From Piedraia hortae CBS 480.64 (lineage: Eukaryota): a DNA stretch of 45,476 nt. The number at the start of each line of letters is the position of its first letter. Positions within the stretch are counted from its first letter, which is position 1. Below are positions 22,540 through 33,918 of this stretch, one piece after another. The stretch is taken from NCBI GenBank assembly GCA_010093745.1, contig MU006007.1, positions 62,001 through 107,476 on the forward strand, written 5' to 3'. The position numbers were made by a program, and so were the translations under genes. The notes beneath the pieces were generated by a model. That model was not told the DNA's origin. It searched no databases and saw only the letters and a program-made list of their open reading frames with translations.

Positions 22540-23945
22540 TGGATGCAGAACCAGAGTGCAGCGACATGCTGAGATGACGCCTCGTAAACAATATACCAGC
22601 CACTAAGCTCCCGACTAGTGCGCCAAGTGCTGCTATACAGTGGTCACGTGGGCATTTTGCGAGTGCAATATTTAAGCGTGTAGACGGTCTGCATGGTCCG
22701 TGTTTGCTTCAGGGATGATTGAAGTCATGCGCCGGCGTCAAAGCGGGCGGTCAGACACTGCTGCACGACGAATGCATGGATAAGAACGAGATTGTTTTCG
22801 GTGTGAAATGAACAACTTGGCCGCTCCGAGGTTGAAGGGTTACATTGGGTTGGTCATTAACTGCATCGTCTAGATGGTATCAGTGGTTCGGCGTAAAATC
22901 CAGTGACCTGCTGATGACCAGTTCCCAGGCCTGGCTGCAAGAACTATTGTGTTTGTTCAAGCAGCCTGACATGAGTCTAGAGCACAAATACCTATTGTAT
23001 AATTGATAGTGGGCAATGATTTGTGTTCAACGTGCAAAGAGGAGGAGCATCTTTCGGACAAAAATGACCATCGCATGGCAACGATTTCAATACTACATCG
23101 ACAGCCTCTAAACACTGCTTCTCACTCCTTTAGAGCCCGATATGAGTAGGCGTTGAATGAAGCAATGGAAACAACACCTAGCCTCTGGTACAAGATCTCA
23201 CGCGGAGTGCGAAAATTTTGTCCATTGCAAAGCGACAAAGTCTTCCAATGCCCAGAGGAGTAGGCAGATTTCATCACTGTGTGAGAAGGCCATCCGTCCA
23301 TGGTTCCAAATCGTGCCATCGCCTGTACTCCACTGAGCCGCTACTGGCCTCACGACAATCGACAACCGGAGATTCCAGTCGCCCTCAGCTCGTCGTTCAT
23401 CCAGCCGTTCTTGCTGACAGCAAAGTAGGTCTCGTGACTCTTGGCGTCAAACTCTTCGTTCTGAGACGGCATTAAAGTCCAATAGTGTTCTTTGCATCGC
23501 TCCCAGCACGGCTGACGTTAATCCACACGACATTTGATTGGCTAGAGACGGGCCGAGGCGCAATCTTATTAGGCGCCAGCGACAACCACACAAAGCGACA
23601 GAGTGCAACTTGGGCGTGTCCATTGGAGTGATGGTTTCATAACCGCTGCTTAGCGAGTCTCTAATGATTGGCGCGTAGAATATGCCTTTACACTCCTTGC
23701 TACAATGGCGCCAGGGGAGCTAAACGAAAGTACGGCTGACATCTAAGCGAATATAAGGCCGCCCATTTCCAAGGTGAGTCATTGTTCCAGTTTTTGAAAC
23801 GCGTTGTTGTGAGTTCATGGTTGGCAAAGACAGTCACCAACGCCGTGTTGTCACCAACAGTCTCTTCCACACACTCTCTTTAAACACTCTTTGAACGCTC
23901 CCTTCAATCCACACTCGTTTTCCGACCGCAGACTTTCCTTTAATC

Positions 23946-25160
23946 ATGTACGCCAAAACTGTGTTTGTTCTGAGCCTTGCGCTCCAGGCTTACGGCCACA
24001 TTGGCGTGGCCACTCCCAAGATCATCCCCGGCTCGGGCGGAATCAACGGTCTCAACCCTCTTGATGCCTCCGGGTCCGACTTTCCGTGCCACGGTATCGC
24101 CTTGCCTACGACCGGAGGCTTGCCGATGGCTGCCGGGTCGTCTCAGCTCCTTTCCTTCAACCTTGGTGGCGGAGCAAGGACTGCCGTCCACGGTGGTGGC
24201 TCTTGCCAGATCTCCATTACTTATGAGACTGACCCAGCCAAGCAAAAGGATCCCAAGAACTGGTTCGTCATCTACTCGGTCGAAGGCGGCTGTCCCTCCA
24301 ACTCGCATCTCAACCTTGATGGCGTATACAACGGACCGCAGGGTACTTATACTGGTGCCTTGAGTTGTTCTGACCCGAGATCCAATGGGGTTGATTGTGT
24401 CAATGACTTCAACTTTACCATCCCCCATGGCGTCAAATCTGGTCACGCCATCATGAGCTGGACTTGGTTCAACACGGTTGGCAACCGCGAAATGTACCAG
24501 AACTGCATCAACGCCGAGCTGACCGGTGGAGACGGAAGCGAAATGGACAAATTTCCCACAATGTTTGTTGGGAATCTTGCTGAGATCAATACCTGCCCGA
24601 CTACAATCTTTTTTGACTTGGAGTTCCCCTTCCCCGGTGAGTACGCTACTAAGAAGAAGCCCTCTGGTATTGCAGGCAGCACGGCCAGCGTCTATCCCAT
24701 GGCCAAGCCGACTGGAGCGGGGTGTGACGGCAACGGCGCTCCTCACGGCGGCTATGTGGCGCCAGCGCCTTCTTCCAGCGGTGCTCAGGAGTCAGCTTCT
24801 GCTTCTCCGGATGTTTACTCGTCTGCATCTCCGGCTGCGTATCCCTCGGCTTCTGCTTCTCCGGTTGGCTACTCTGGCGTTGCCTCTCCTGTGCAGACCA
24901 GTGCAGCCACGGCGGCTCCTACTTCAACTGCCGCCGCTTCGACTCTGCAGACGCTTGCCAGCCCTTCTCCGTCTGTTAATTCTAGCCCGGACGGCAAATG
25001 TGCCCTAGGCTTGGTCCCTTGCACAGGTGAGCATATAGTGTGCATTGATGACAAGTCTTTTGGGTTCTGTTATGATGGCTGTGCCGTCAAGCAGCCGATT
25101 GCGCCTGGCACTGCCTGCCGTGATGGAAAAATTCAGGGGATCTTTGGACGTCACGTTTAG
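23946..25160 (+). CDS. AA11-type lytic polysaccharide monooxygenase with Ser/Ala/Pro linker and C-terminal Cys-rich (X278-like) module
   Basis: 17-aa signal then His1 (CAC 23997); PLDASGSDFPC, AVHGGGSCQISITY, SWTWFN..GNREMYQNC; C-terminal C-x5-C..FGFC..GC..APGTAC. Confidence 0.85.
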   Translation: MYAKTVFVLSLALQAYGHIGVATPKIIPGSGGINGLNPLDASGSDFPCHGIALPTTGGLPMAAGSSQLLSFNLGGGARTAVHGGGSCQISITYETDPAKQKDPKNWFVIYSVEGGCPSNSHLNLDGVYNGPQGTYTGALSCSDPRSNGVDCVNDFNFTIPHGVKSGHAIMSWTWFNTVGNREMYQNCINAELTGGDGSEMDKFPTMFVGNLAEINTCPTTIFFDLEFPFPGEYATKKKPSGIAGSTASVYPMAKPTGAGCDGNGAPHGGYVAPAPSSSGAQESASASPDVYSSASPAAYPSASASPVGYSGVASPVQTSAATAAPTSTAAASTLQTLASPSPSVNSSPDGKCALGLVPCTGEHIVCIDDKSFGFCYDGCAVKQPIAPGTACRDGKIQGIFGRHV

Positions 25161-25439
25161 GTGTGATGGGTTAAGAATTGATGCAGCCTAATGGAATTGA
25201 TGGTCCTAATGAAACTATACAATTGTGAGGGTAGAGCGAGTATTATGCAGGCATGAAATCGTTTATCCTTTTTTGATTCGAGATGTGTTTGTCCTAAAAA
25301 TTGTCCACCGTCTGATGCCCAACGCCAAACGCCCAAGTTGATGCATGCACACAGCCTCATCCTGACGGAGCTGTATTTACCATGGCAACCAAAGGTTGGG
25401 ATAATTCTAGTAGATAAAGATGCCCAAGTTCAATCAGAT

Positions 25440-25665
25440 ACGCGTCTACGTGCGTGTCAAACCAGTTGCCGGGTCGTCGGCAACGACGATCAGGTTCATG
25501 GCGCTTACAAATCCAAGCAAAACATCGGATTACGGTCGAGTCAAAAAGTTCCGAGACAACCTGTACCTAGGCGCGCGTCTCCTGTCTCTTTAGACGTCTC
25601 CACAATCCCAACGCGTGTCCAGCGCGACCCCGCATGTAAACGCGCACCGACGCGACGCGGACGCG
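25440..25665 (+). promoter_or_regulatory. MCB (ACGCG/ACGCGT) element cluster
   Basis: ACGCG at 25440, 25611, 25640, 25650, 25655, 25661 and CGCGT at 25574, upstream of ATG 25821. Confidence 0.65.
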
Positions 25666-25820
25666 ACAGTCCGTGCGCAGCGCGGCGCAATGTGTGCATA
25701 TTACTTGCCTTGCCTGCCCCTCCCTCGCTTGTCTATCCTTTCCCACCCCAATCTCTCACTTTTATACGATCGACGTCTTTTTGTGTTATTTGTGACCGGT
25801 TTGCTTTATTGTCTGTGACG

Positions 25821-26892
25821 ATGGTAACCACCCAATCGATGCCGCGTGTGCCGTTTGCGACTCTCGGTTCCTCGCGCCTTGGCCGTCTGTCGAGTGTGAA
25901 AAATTGCCAGAATGGTACATCTTTCCCATGTCTTTGCAAAAACGTTTGCTGATGAACATGTATCTACAGGTGAAGTTTTGAAAGCTTCAACGGGGAAAGC
26001 GGGTCTTGGGAAAGCTTCACTCAAGACGCCCGTGAATACCACCAAACTTGCGCCTGTCAACCCTGCTGTTGATTCGCTCAAGTCTTCGGGCAAACGCTCT
26101 TTTGATTTCTCCATTTTCGAAGATGTCGACAGCGAGAACCTTGACCCTGAGACTGTAGCCTCGCCCGCGAAAAAGAGCAAGATAACCAGCTCGGCGTTCA
26201 CATTCTCTCTCTCTTCCAACAGCAACACCAGCAACACCATGGCTCCCCCACCCGTCCCAAAGCGTATCTTGACACCCATGTCTCCACGCAAGCCGTCAAC
26301 GGCACCTGCTGGACGCTCACCAAAGGGCAGCCGCCGCCTCTCCAAGGGCATCAAAAGCATCAACCCCCCTTTCGGCATCCAGGACACCTCCTTGCCATTC
26401 TCTCTCGACGAAGCCCTCCGCGGTGCTCTTGACCCCCGTCCCGCTCCAGGGACCGCTTCCGCTGAACCCGCCCCAACCACCAAACCATCATACTCCATCC
26501 CCGAAAAGGAGCCCATGTCCAAAAGCCTGATCTTTGAAATCTACCAAGACTCTCCCAGCGAGGAAGCCGCGAACCTAATGGAGCATGGCACCCTAACTCT
26601 CGACCTGTCCGACGACCAAGGATCCAAAATCGGCCTCGGAAAGGAAAATACTCCTCCACCTGACTATGATGCTGTTCGTGCCTCGCAACCCCATGTCCCA
26701 GCCCCGCGTCGTCACCGTGCCCCTCTCAGTCCGGAGGTTATGGACGATGGACAGAGGACACCGCTGGGCGAGCTGGATGTTCCATCTTCTGGGGACGATG
26801 AGCTTGAGCCTGAGGGTAAGAAGGTGGATGCTATTGAGACGAAGGAGAAGAAGTTGGAAACGGTGGAGGAGTTTACGATTTGGGAGGATTGA
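25821..26892 (+). CDS. Disordered cell-cycle-type protein with ABBA/KEN/D-box motifs (putative Acm1-like APC/C inhibitor), ~338 aa
   Basis: Exons 25821-25914 and 25970-26892 (intron GTACAT..GCTGAT..CAG). Motifs RVPFATL, FSIFED, FEIYQD, GKEN, RTPLGEL, FTIWED; multiple S/T-P sites. The gene model is solid; the function is inferred. Confidence 0.7.
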
Positions 26893-28169
26893 TGGAAACA
26901 GATGTGGGATTTTTGGGAGGATTACGCGAGGGTGATGTTCTATGGCTTTTTCGGATTTATGCCTTTTATGCGTTGTAGGATCTTATGAATCAGACTAGGG
27001 TATTGTAGGTTTTCAGAGTAGTTTTTGTATTTGGGAATCAGTTTCGAGCAAAGACTTTGTCAATTCGTAAAAAAAAAACTCTTGCCACTCGGGGGAAGGG
27101 ACAAATAAAGAAATGACTACCCCGAAGACGGGTGAAATTACTACCATGCATGATGAGTGATTCTTGCTGCTTTCGACAATCTATGCCACGACATCCACCG
27201 CTACTGCTCAAGGTGGCCTATCAGGACCAGAAAGCGCTGGGTCACCTTCAGGAAACCTTTATCACCGGTGATCCTCTTCCGCCTAGGGGCTGGATCCAAA
27301 GACATGGAATGGGTACCTATCTTGGGTTTTGGCAAACAGTATTATCAGCTTCTACTGCCGAGTTATTGCCGGCGACTTTCAGTCATCGGGTGACGAAAAC
27401 GAAAACACCAAAGACGTATGAGTTAGCGCACCACATGACAGGAGCTTGAAGAGCTCGCAGAACATGGAAACCAGCCATCCGGAGCTGGTGGCCTTGCAAT
27501 GATACAGTGCGAACTCGAGGCGGACGAGTTTGCATCACTGGTCATTTCCTTTTTTCCGCACTCAATTCCATCTTTGAGTCAAGGCAAACCTGGAAGAAAG
27601 CAGTCCAGGTCAGCCCATTGACATCCGCCTTCATCTAGGTCGTACAACTTCTCACTTGCATCCACGCGGTGGAGCAGGGCGGCGGACAAGTCCTGAAGCA
27701 CGTCGAGGACATATGCGGGAAGTTTATGCGCCAAGGGCCCATGGGTCATGTCTTGAGGTACCGTCTGTAGCCTCTGGCGTGTTCAGAACAGTGAGATAAG
27801 CTCGCTTGAGGTGTCATGAAACCCCGAGGAGACAATTGTCCACTTTGGAGACATGGAGCTGCCGCCCACGAACATCAACAAACTCATTGCGTCTGAGATT
27901 GCTGAGGCTCGGGACGTTCTGTGGAGAAAACTTCTTATCGGCTTCCCCGGAGACGTAGGGCTTCTGGTTTGGCATGGGAGGAAACTGCTAATGTCACTGT
28001 ACGTTGATGGTCGATGCCAGTTACTGTATTGCAAAGAAATAGTGACAGTCAAACGAATAAAACACATGAAAAGTATTTTCAAGTGCTAAGCAATCATGTC
28101 ACAGTGCAGAGCGCGAGCATCATATTTCAGGCCCACACGGAGTCACCGCTCGCCCTTGTGAGATCTATC

Positions 28170-28852
28170 TTACAAATGTGCATGTCCTCTGTCATTTTGG
28201 TCTGAACCGGCGAGATAGCCAGAGCACTCGTAGCAATGTATCGCCACGAACCTTTGTCCTCCTCTGTCTAGCGCCTTGAACGGCTTGTTGCCAACGTCGA
28301 TGGCTTTGGTTGCCCACCGAGTCAGAACGCCAATGAGAGCATTGATGAAATTCGCTTGTTCGGGTGGAAGGCCATGGTGTTCTTCGTTAATGATGACGGC
28401 CCGCCAAGGCAAACCGCCAATGCAGACATCATTGAGGTCGGTCTTTTCGGGTTGTAGAAGCTGGGAGAAGATTAGTAAAATAGTTAGGGAGATTATGAGA
28501 GCATCCTCACCTGCCTGGATTCCTAAGGACCCCCCACAGCTTTGACTGATGATTCGGACCTTACCGTATTCCCAGTCGACACCGGCCAGCTCCCTGGAAT
28601 TTTTCAAAATATCGCGGGGGAACCAGCTGGAGCAGTAATTGTCGCCGGGGAAAGCCAAGTCTTTGCAAAGCTAGACTAATGGTGAACTCTTGGTCAAATA
28701 AAGTAATAGTCACACTCACATTGGTCCCATAGAGCTTCCAATTGCTTCTCTCCTCAATCGGCAGGCCTTGCAGTGTTGTGATGCCGAGCGGTGGGGTGAA
28801 AGTAGTCCAAGAGGAAAAAGTGACAGATATGGGGCGCCGAAATTTACCTCAT
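28170..28852 (-). pseudogene. Probable decayed multi-exon gene (possibly secreted)
   Basis: Intron-like 28719-28671 (GTGAGT..TAG) joins ..GLPIEERSNWKLYGTN in frame to LCKDLAFPGDNYCSSW... A second intron-like segment lies at 28510-28461 (GTGAGG..CTAAT..CAG). The nearest ATG is followed by a stop. Confidence 0.35.
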
Positions 28853-29654
28853 AGATGTTTTCAGGGGAAAGGAAGAGAGTCTTCAAATGGGCTAATGCTC
28901 TATTTCATGGATTAAGCTGCATGAGTGATAATTGTTGAGCTATACGCATTGCGCTGAGCCCACAGGGCGAGCGAAGGTTGGCACTAACCTTGGGAATGAC
29001 AACTAGAAGGGAACGTGCCACGGCAAAATTTGAAGTGCGTTACAACGCATCATCATCAACATTGGTTAGATTACCGAGTGAGAAATACACATAATTGTAG
29101 ATACTACTTTGCAGGATCATCTGGTCCAAGTGGTGAAACTCGCGTCCCCGTCGAGAGCTTCCATTGAGAGGTTATATCAGATTTTTCTAGAAACAAGGAG
29201 CTGGGTAAATGCATGAGGGGAAAGTGTCCCTTCGCAGGCAAAGCTTTTGTGTGTGGCTGCTCTTGTGACATCATTGCCGAGTAGATTTCACAGTTTCTTT
29301 CCTAGATGAAAGGTATGAAGGAGTGGTATGTGGGTGCCAATGAGAGGGGATGGGGGGAGGAGATTATCTGGGCATCATTCCGAAAATTTTGCGACTATGG
29401 GGAAACTATGAATGCTTTCACGAAGTCTTGCCACTCGTATCTCTAGGACGGGGCCAGCTCAGCTTCCGTCAACTGCTCACCCTACACCTCCTCTTTTATA
29501 GCACAGAAGAAGGGAGTGATGTGTGTGTGCATCCAACGCGGGAGTTTCGTAGATTGGAGTGCAATCACAATATCATTCCAATCCCGTCGGTATTGTTTGG
29601 TATAGTCGATGAAAATGGGCAAGAAAGGGTTTGTGTTCAAAAAACACGGGCAGA

Positions 29655-29798
29655 TGTTATGCAGATCGCCGCGGAGCGATCTGCACGTGGTGACTCACAC
29701 CCCTGATCAGGGTTCGAGCACTTAAGAATTTTCTCGTGTAGCTCTAGATACGCGTATATATGGACACACCTGCGAGGTGCCGCTGCTTATTAGAACAG
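29655..29798. repeat. Dispersed repeat, copy 1 (paired with 45137-45280)
   Basis: Manual ungapped alignment over 144 bp, about 22 mismatches (~85% identity), same orientation. Confidence 0.85.
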
Positions 29799-31925
29799 CG
29801 GACTTTCTTGCTTCTTTTCTCCGGAGTCAGAAACGGGAACGTGGGAGTGAACTCTATGCATCATCTAGCCGGAAGAAAGGCTGACTTTTCTTCGGATAAT
29901 CTTACCCCGTGAGAAAGATTGGCAAGAAGCTTGAGGACGGGAAAGGCGAACTCTAACACTGAACTTAAACCTTGCAGATGAATAATATCACAACCACATA
30001 TTCGATTTACCAAAAACAATGTGAAGTTGATTACCGGATCTTCAGCTATCTTTTAAACCGCTTAAAATCTTTTGATGATGCAGTATGAAACTTCAGGGGC
30101 TGTTTAGCCTTCCCGTTCTCCAATCCAGACTTTCTTCTGCCGTTGTGGATCAGATCGAGTCATGATAAGCAAGGGGTCAAGCTATGAGCTGTTACGGTGC
30201 TCAGAGGAAAAGGTTCAATAAGTCCCAACAACGAGGGCAATCCAAACTGCTATCTACTGGGAAACTAGGATACTATGAACCAATCCAGCGCCATCCCTTC
30301 GCGAGTGGTAGCAAGCGTAGCTATGAATAACTAGCAGGGCGCGTCAGTGTATCAAATTCCCTGTGCGCTTAGGTGGCGCGGGTCGTCCAGCGCACACACA
30401 GCCTCGACGTAACGTGAGCATCCAATTACTAAGCAGTCATGATCAGCGCAACACAATGTGAAACGCTATTTGAGTAAAGTGTGCTGCGAAGCCAATACGC
30501 CAAACATGATGATCACTGGAAATTCGAACGCACAGTTAGTCATTTCGTGCAGCACCTATGCAACTCCACTAAGATTGATTTTAGCATAATTTGGCACAAA
30601 CCCACCGAAACCTGAAACATGAACAGCCTAAAAGCGAGCCAAATATAACATCAAATCAAGCAGTTTCGAATGGTTTAGTTTACAACTATGTACGATGGTT
30701 GTGTGTAGTGCTATCCAAGCTTAAATTCCTGCACGAAAGCGTGCACGCAGTGGCAAAAACTCCTAGACCAGATCCAGCACATAAGATCCAACCCCATGAG
30801 AAAACATAAAGTCGAGTATCGCTATCGACCTATCCATCCTCCAGCCACGCTTCATCCCTGAACCTCGTTCAACGCTTCTTCAAAGACTCCATGCTCCACA
30901 TGCCCGAGTCTCGCTGGGTTGCATCGCCCATAACGCAATCCACAGGCTCCATGAAAACTTCTCTCCTCAATTTATTTCCCAGTAGAAGTCAGATCCTCCA
31001 AACCCCACCCTCGAAAACCCCAATGGTCTGGAAATCAAAAGGGAAGGAATTCCTGTGAACATCCTTCCACGTTCAATAAAATGTCCCTCACAAGGGCCGA
31101 CCGACTTGGCTCCTGCAGAGCAATCGACAGGCGTCCATTCAATCCCACAGAGAGAGGCAGATATTCCAGCCCCTGCGTCGACCTCGTTGGACTGACTTAT
31201 CAGCGCCCCGGCAAATCAGGCTTATCAGCGGTTAGAACACCGGTTTTGGGGGTGGTTGCTTTAGTAACAGCAATTCATGTGGAGCTGCTCGCATTCTTCT
31301 TGGCTAGTAGCTTGGTTATACCGTGCCCGCTGAGGGTTTCGCCCATTTCGCGGCCGAGCGCACCAGTATGAGGACTCATCAACAAAACCTCCATCAACAT
31401 GACGGAACATACAGTGTGCAGTATCCCATAAAATTTTACAATATCCGGAATGACGAGGCTACTCTCTCAGCAAATTCAACTATCAAAGTCTCAAGGTGCG
31501 ATCTGATCTCCGGACCAGGCACTGGAATCGTGATTGGGAGTTGAAGTGAAACGTCCAGATATCTGCCAGCTCGTCCCCAGGATAAGAACAGGCCATCGTT
31601 GTCAAACTGGATTATTATGGGAGTGATGTTGATATATATTTCCGGCATGCGGGGAATGCGTGCTCGCACGGATCTTTTGGGGTGTGGTTAGTTCAACCAA
31701 CCACGCCCCAAAAAGTAGAAACAAGTTGTTTTCCTTTTTGAGTGGGAAGGGATATATTATTGCGAGAGAGATAATTGGCGTTCGCTTTTGCCACGATGAT
31801 ATAGAGATTCCGGGCTCTTTCTCGGAAAGACGAATTCTGATTGGCTAAACCTGGAAATAGCGGGGACAATAAAGTCGATTGAATGCACGCTTTGTGGGGA
31901 GTTTTGGACCTGGCTGTGTGTGTGC

Positions 31926-32070
31926 ATGTATGTATGTATGTATGTATGTATGTATGTATGTATGTATGTATGTATGTATGTATGTATGTATGTNNNNNNN
32001 NNNATGTATGTATGTATGTATGTATGTATGTATGTATGTATGTATGTATGTATGTATGTATGTATGTATG
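31926..32070. repeat. (ATGT)n tetranucleotide microsatellite spanning a 10-N assembly gap (31994-32003)
   Basis: Directly visible. Confidence 0.98.
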
Positions 32071-33918
32071 TGTGTTTGAATGGTTTGTTTCGGGCTTGCT
32101 CCCTTGGCATTGTTCCCTTGAGCTTCTCAGAGCTTAAACCCCTTCGTTTCAAAATATTCTCGCATTTTATAGGGATCATTCGCGTCAGACGCTGTAAACC
32201 AGATTCTGAACGCGACGACTGTGTGAGCGACGTGCACGAAAGAGTAGTAGTTAATGCAAGAAGGAAAGGCAGAAAAAATCCTCGGCCGCCAAGCTGTCCA
32301 CCGCGGGAGCGTCCGCACATACCCCACATACCCCACAGAATCCACGGTCCTCTTTCTATGAGTGGGTCGACGTAAGGGCCCCATCTGGGATTGTGCGGAG
32401 GAACATTGCCTTTTTTATATGAGTTTGTACACTTGCGCCTGACAACTTTCTTGAATGGTTTGTGTGAGTACAACTTTTCTGTGCATGAAGAGAACTTGTT
32501 AGTCAGCAATGCTGCTATCAAGTTTGCACATAAGGTTTCTCATGTACAATGGCTTCGTTTGTCTGTGGAACTTTCCCGAGTGGAAAATGGCTTGTGCGTG
32601 GAGTGTGTTTCAAGCGTGTAAACTTTTGTTTGAATGGAAAATTGGACATGTCAACCCGTGAGCTTTATAGGGCTTTATCCTCGAATTAAGCTTTTGGAGC
32701 TGTCATTGAGGCACAAAGGAAAATGTGTCAACGCAAAATGTACTTCTTGCACTCCCAGGCGTAGCTATGATCGGGAATTTTCGGTCTCAATCTGTCCCGC
32801 CTGTAAAGCGATGCCACCAAATAGCTGTTGTCAACATCACTCGCTCGATTCTTAGTGTTAGAACGGGAACCGCTGATCTTGATGAAATGCGGAAGCTGTG
32901 AATTCGTTCCAAAATGACGGCGGAACAGTGGAAAGAACGAATATGTTATCATGTATCCTGCAAATGTGGGGATCTTCACCTTCGAGACAGAAAGATTTAC
33001 TTCAGCAGGCTCGGTACTGTATTTGCAACTTGCGGGGATCGCGTGATACTAAACGTTGGACTATAAGTGTGTGCCATAAAGTCACGATCTGGCCTAATGA
33101 CTCGTCTGATCAAGCCGAGCAGCAGTCGTATGAATCTGCTTGCAGCTGGCCCAAAAGCCGTCCTCAGAAAACATCAAAGATCATGTGGTACTGTCAATTT
33201 CTTCCTCCAGAATCGTTCGAATAGGCCATGCTCTCCAGTGAGCTCGGAAACAGCCTTCTCTAGGCCTCATTTCAACAAATCCATTACCACACTGAGATCC
33301 TTGGAATGGTAGATTCCGCTGCTTCCATATTACCTCTCCCATTTGTTCGTATACGCAACCTCTCTCCATATACCTGACCTTGAGCGTTTGATTCGCCAGC
33401 CTTCATAACAAAAGCGAACTGCGTAGAGGCTAGCCCCCCTTTTTCGTAAGCAACAAATTGCTGCTCTTTCAAAATGCTTCCAGTTTCCTTATCTGGGCGG
33501 ACAGGCACTTGGACCACCAAGACTGATCAAAGGGGGTTATTCTTGCACTCGGTCCAAACATTGTAATGTATGCAAAGTCTTGTTTACACGAGGATTTGTA
33601 AGTCGTGGGTAAGGCGATGTGGAAGGTGATCTTGGGGATTGGAAAATTGCAACTTCACGTGATATTCTTGCAGACTGCTTATGTGGACTTTTCTCGATGG
33701 ATGAGGGGTGTGCGACCATTCGTCCTCTGCATCTCCACATGCAAACGAGTCAAAGCTGCCCTGATTCATAACATGAAAGATCGAGTACGTCCCACGGCTA
33801 CTTCACCCCAACCCACACCGAACAGAATCGCACAAACCTGCATCCGAATAGTACACTCTCAGCCGAAACGCTTCTTGCTTTTCAAACGGGTATCTAAACA
33901 TCTACACACACTCTCCCC

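Noticed and set aside
22911..22945. Hammerhead ribozyme (CTGATGA followed by CCAG/CTGG stem)
   Set aside because: No GAAA after stem II and no stems I/III.
27157..27210. Reverse-transcriptase-like motif (AAFDNLCHD)
   Set aside because: No upstream Asp or downstream PQG/YADD motifs visible; too short to support.
31757..32521. ORFs with YIHT/MYVC repeats
   Set aside because: Artefacts of translating the (TATG)n microsatellite.
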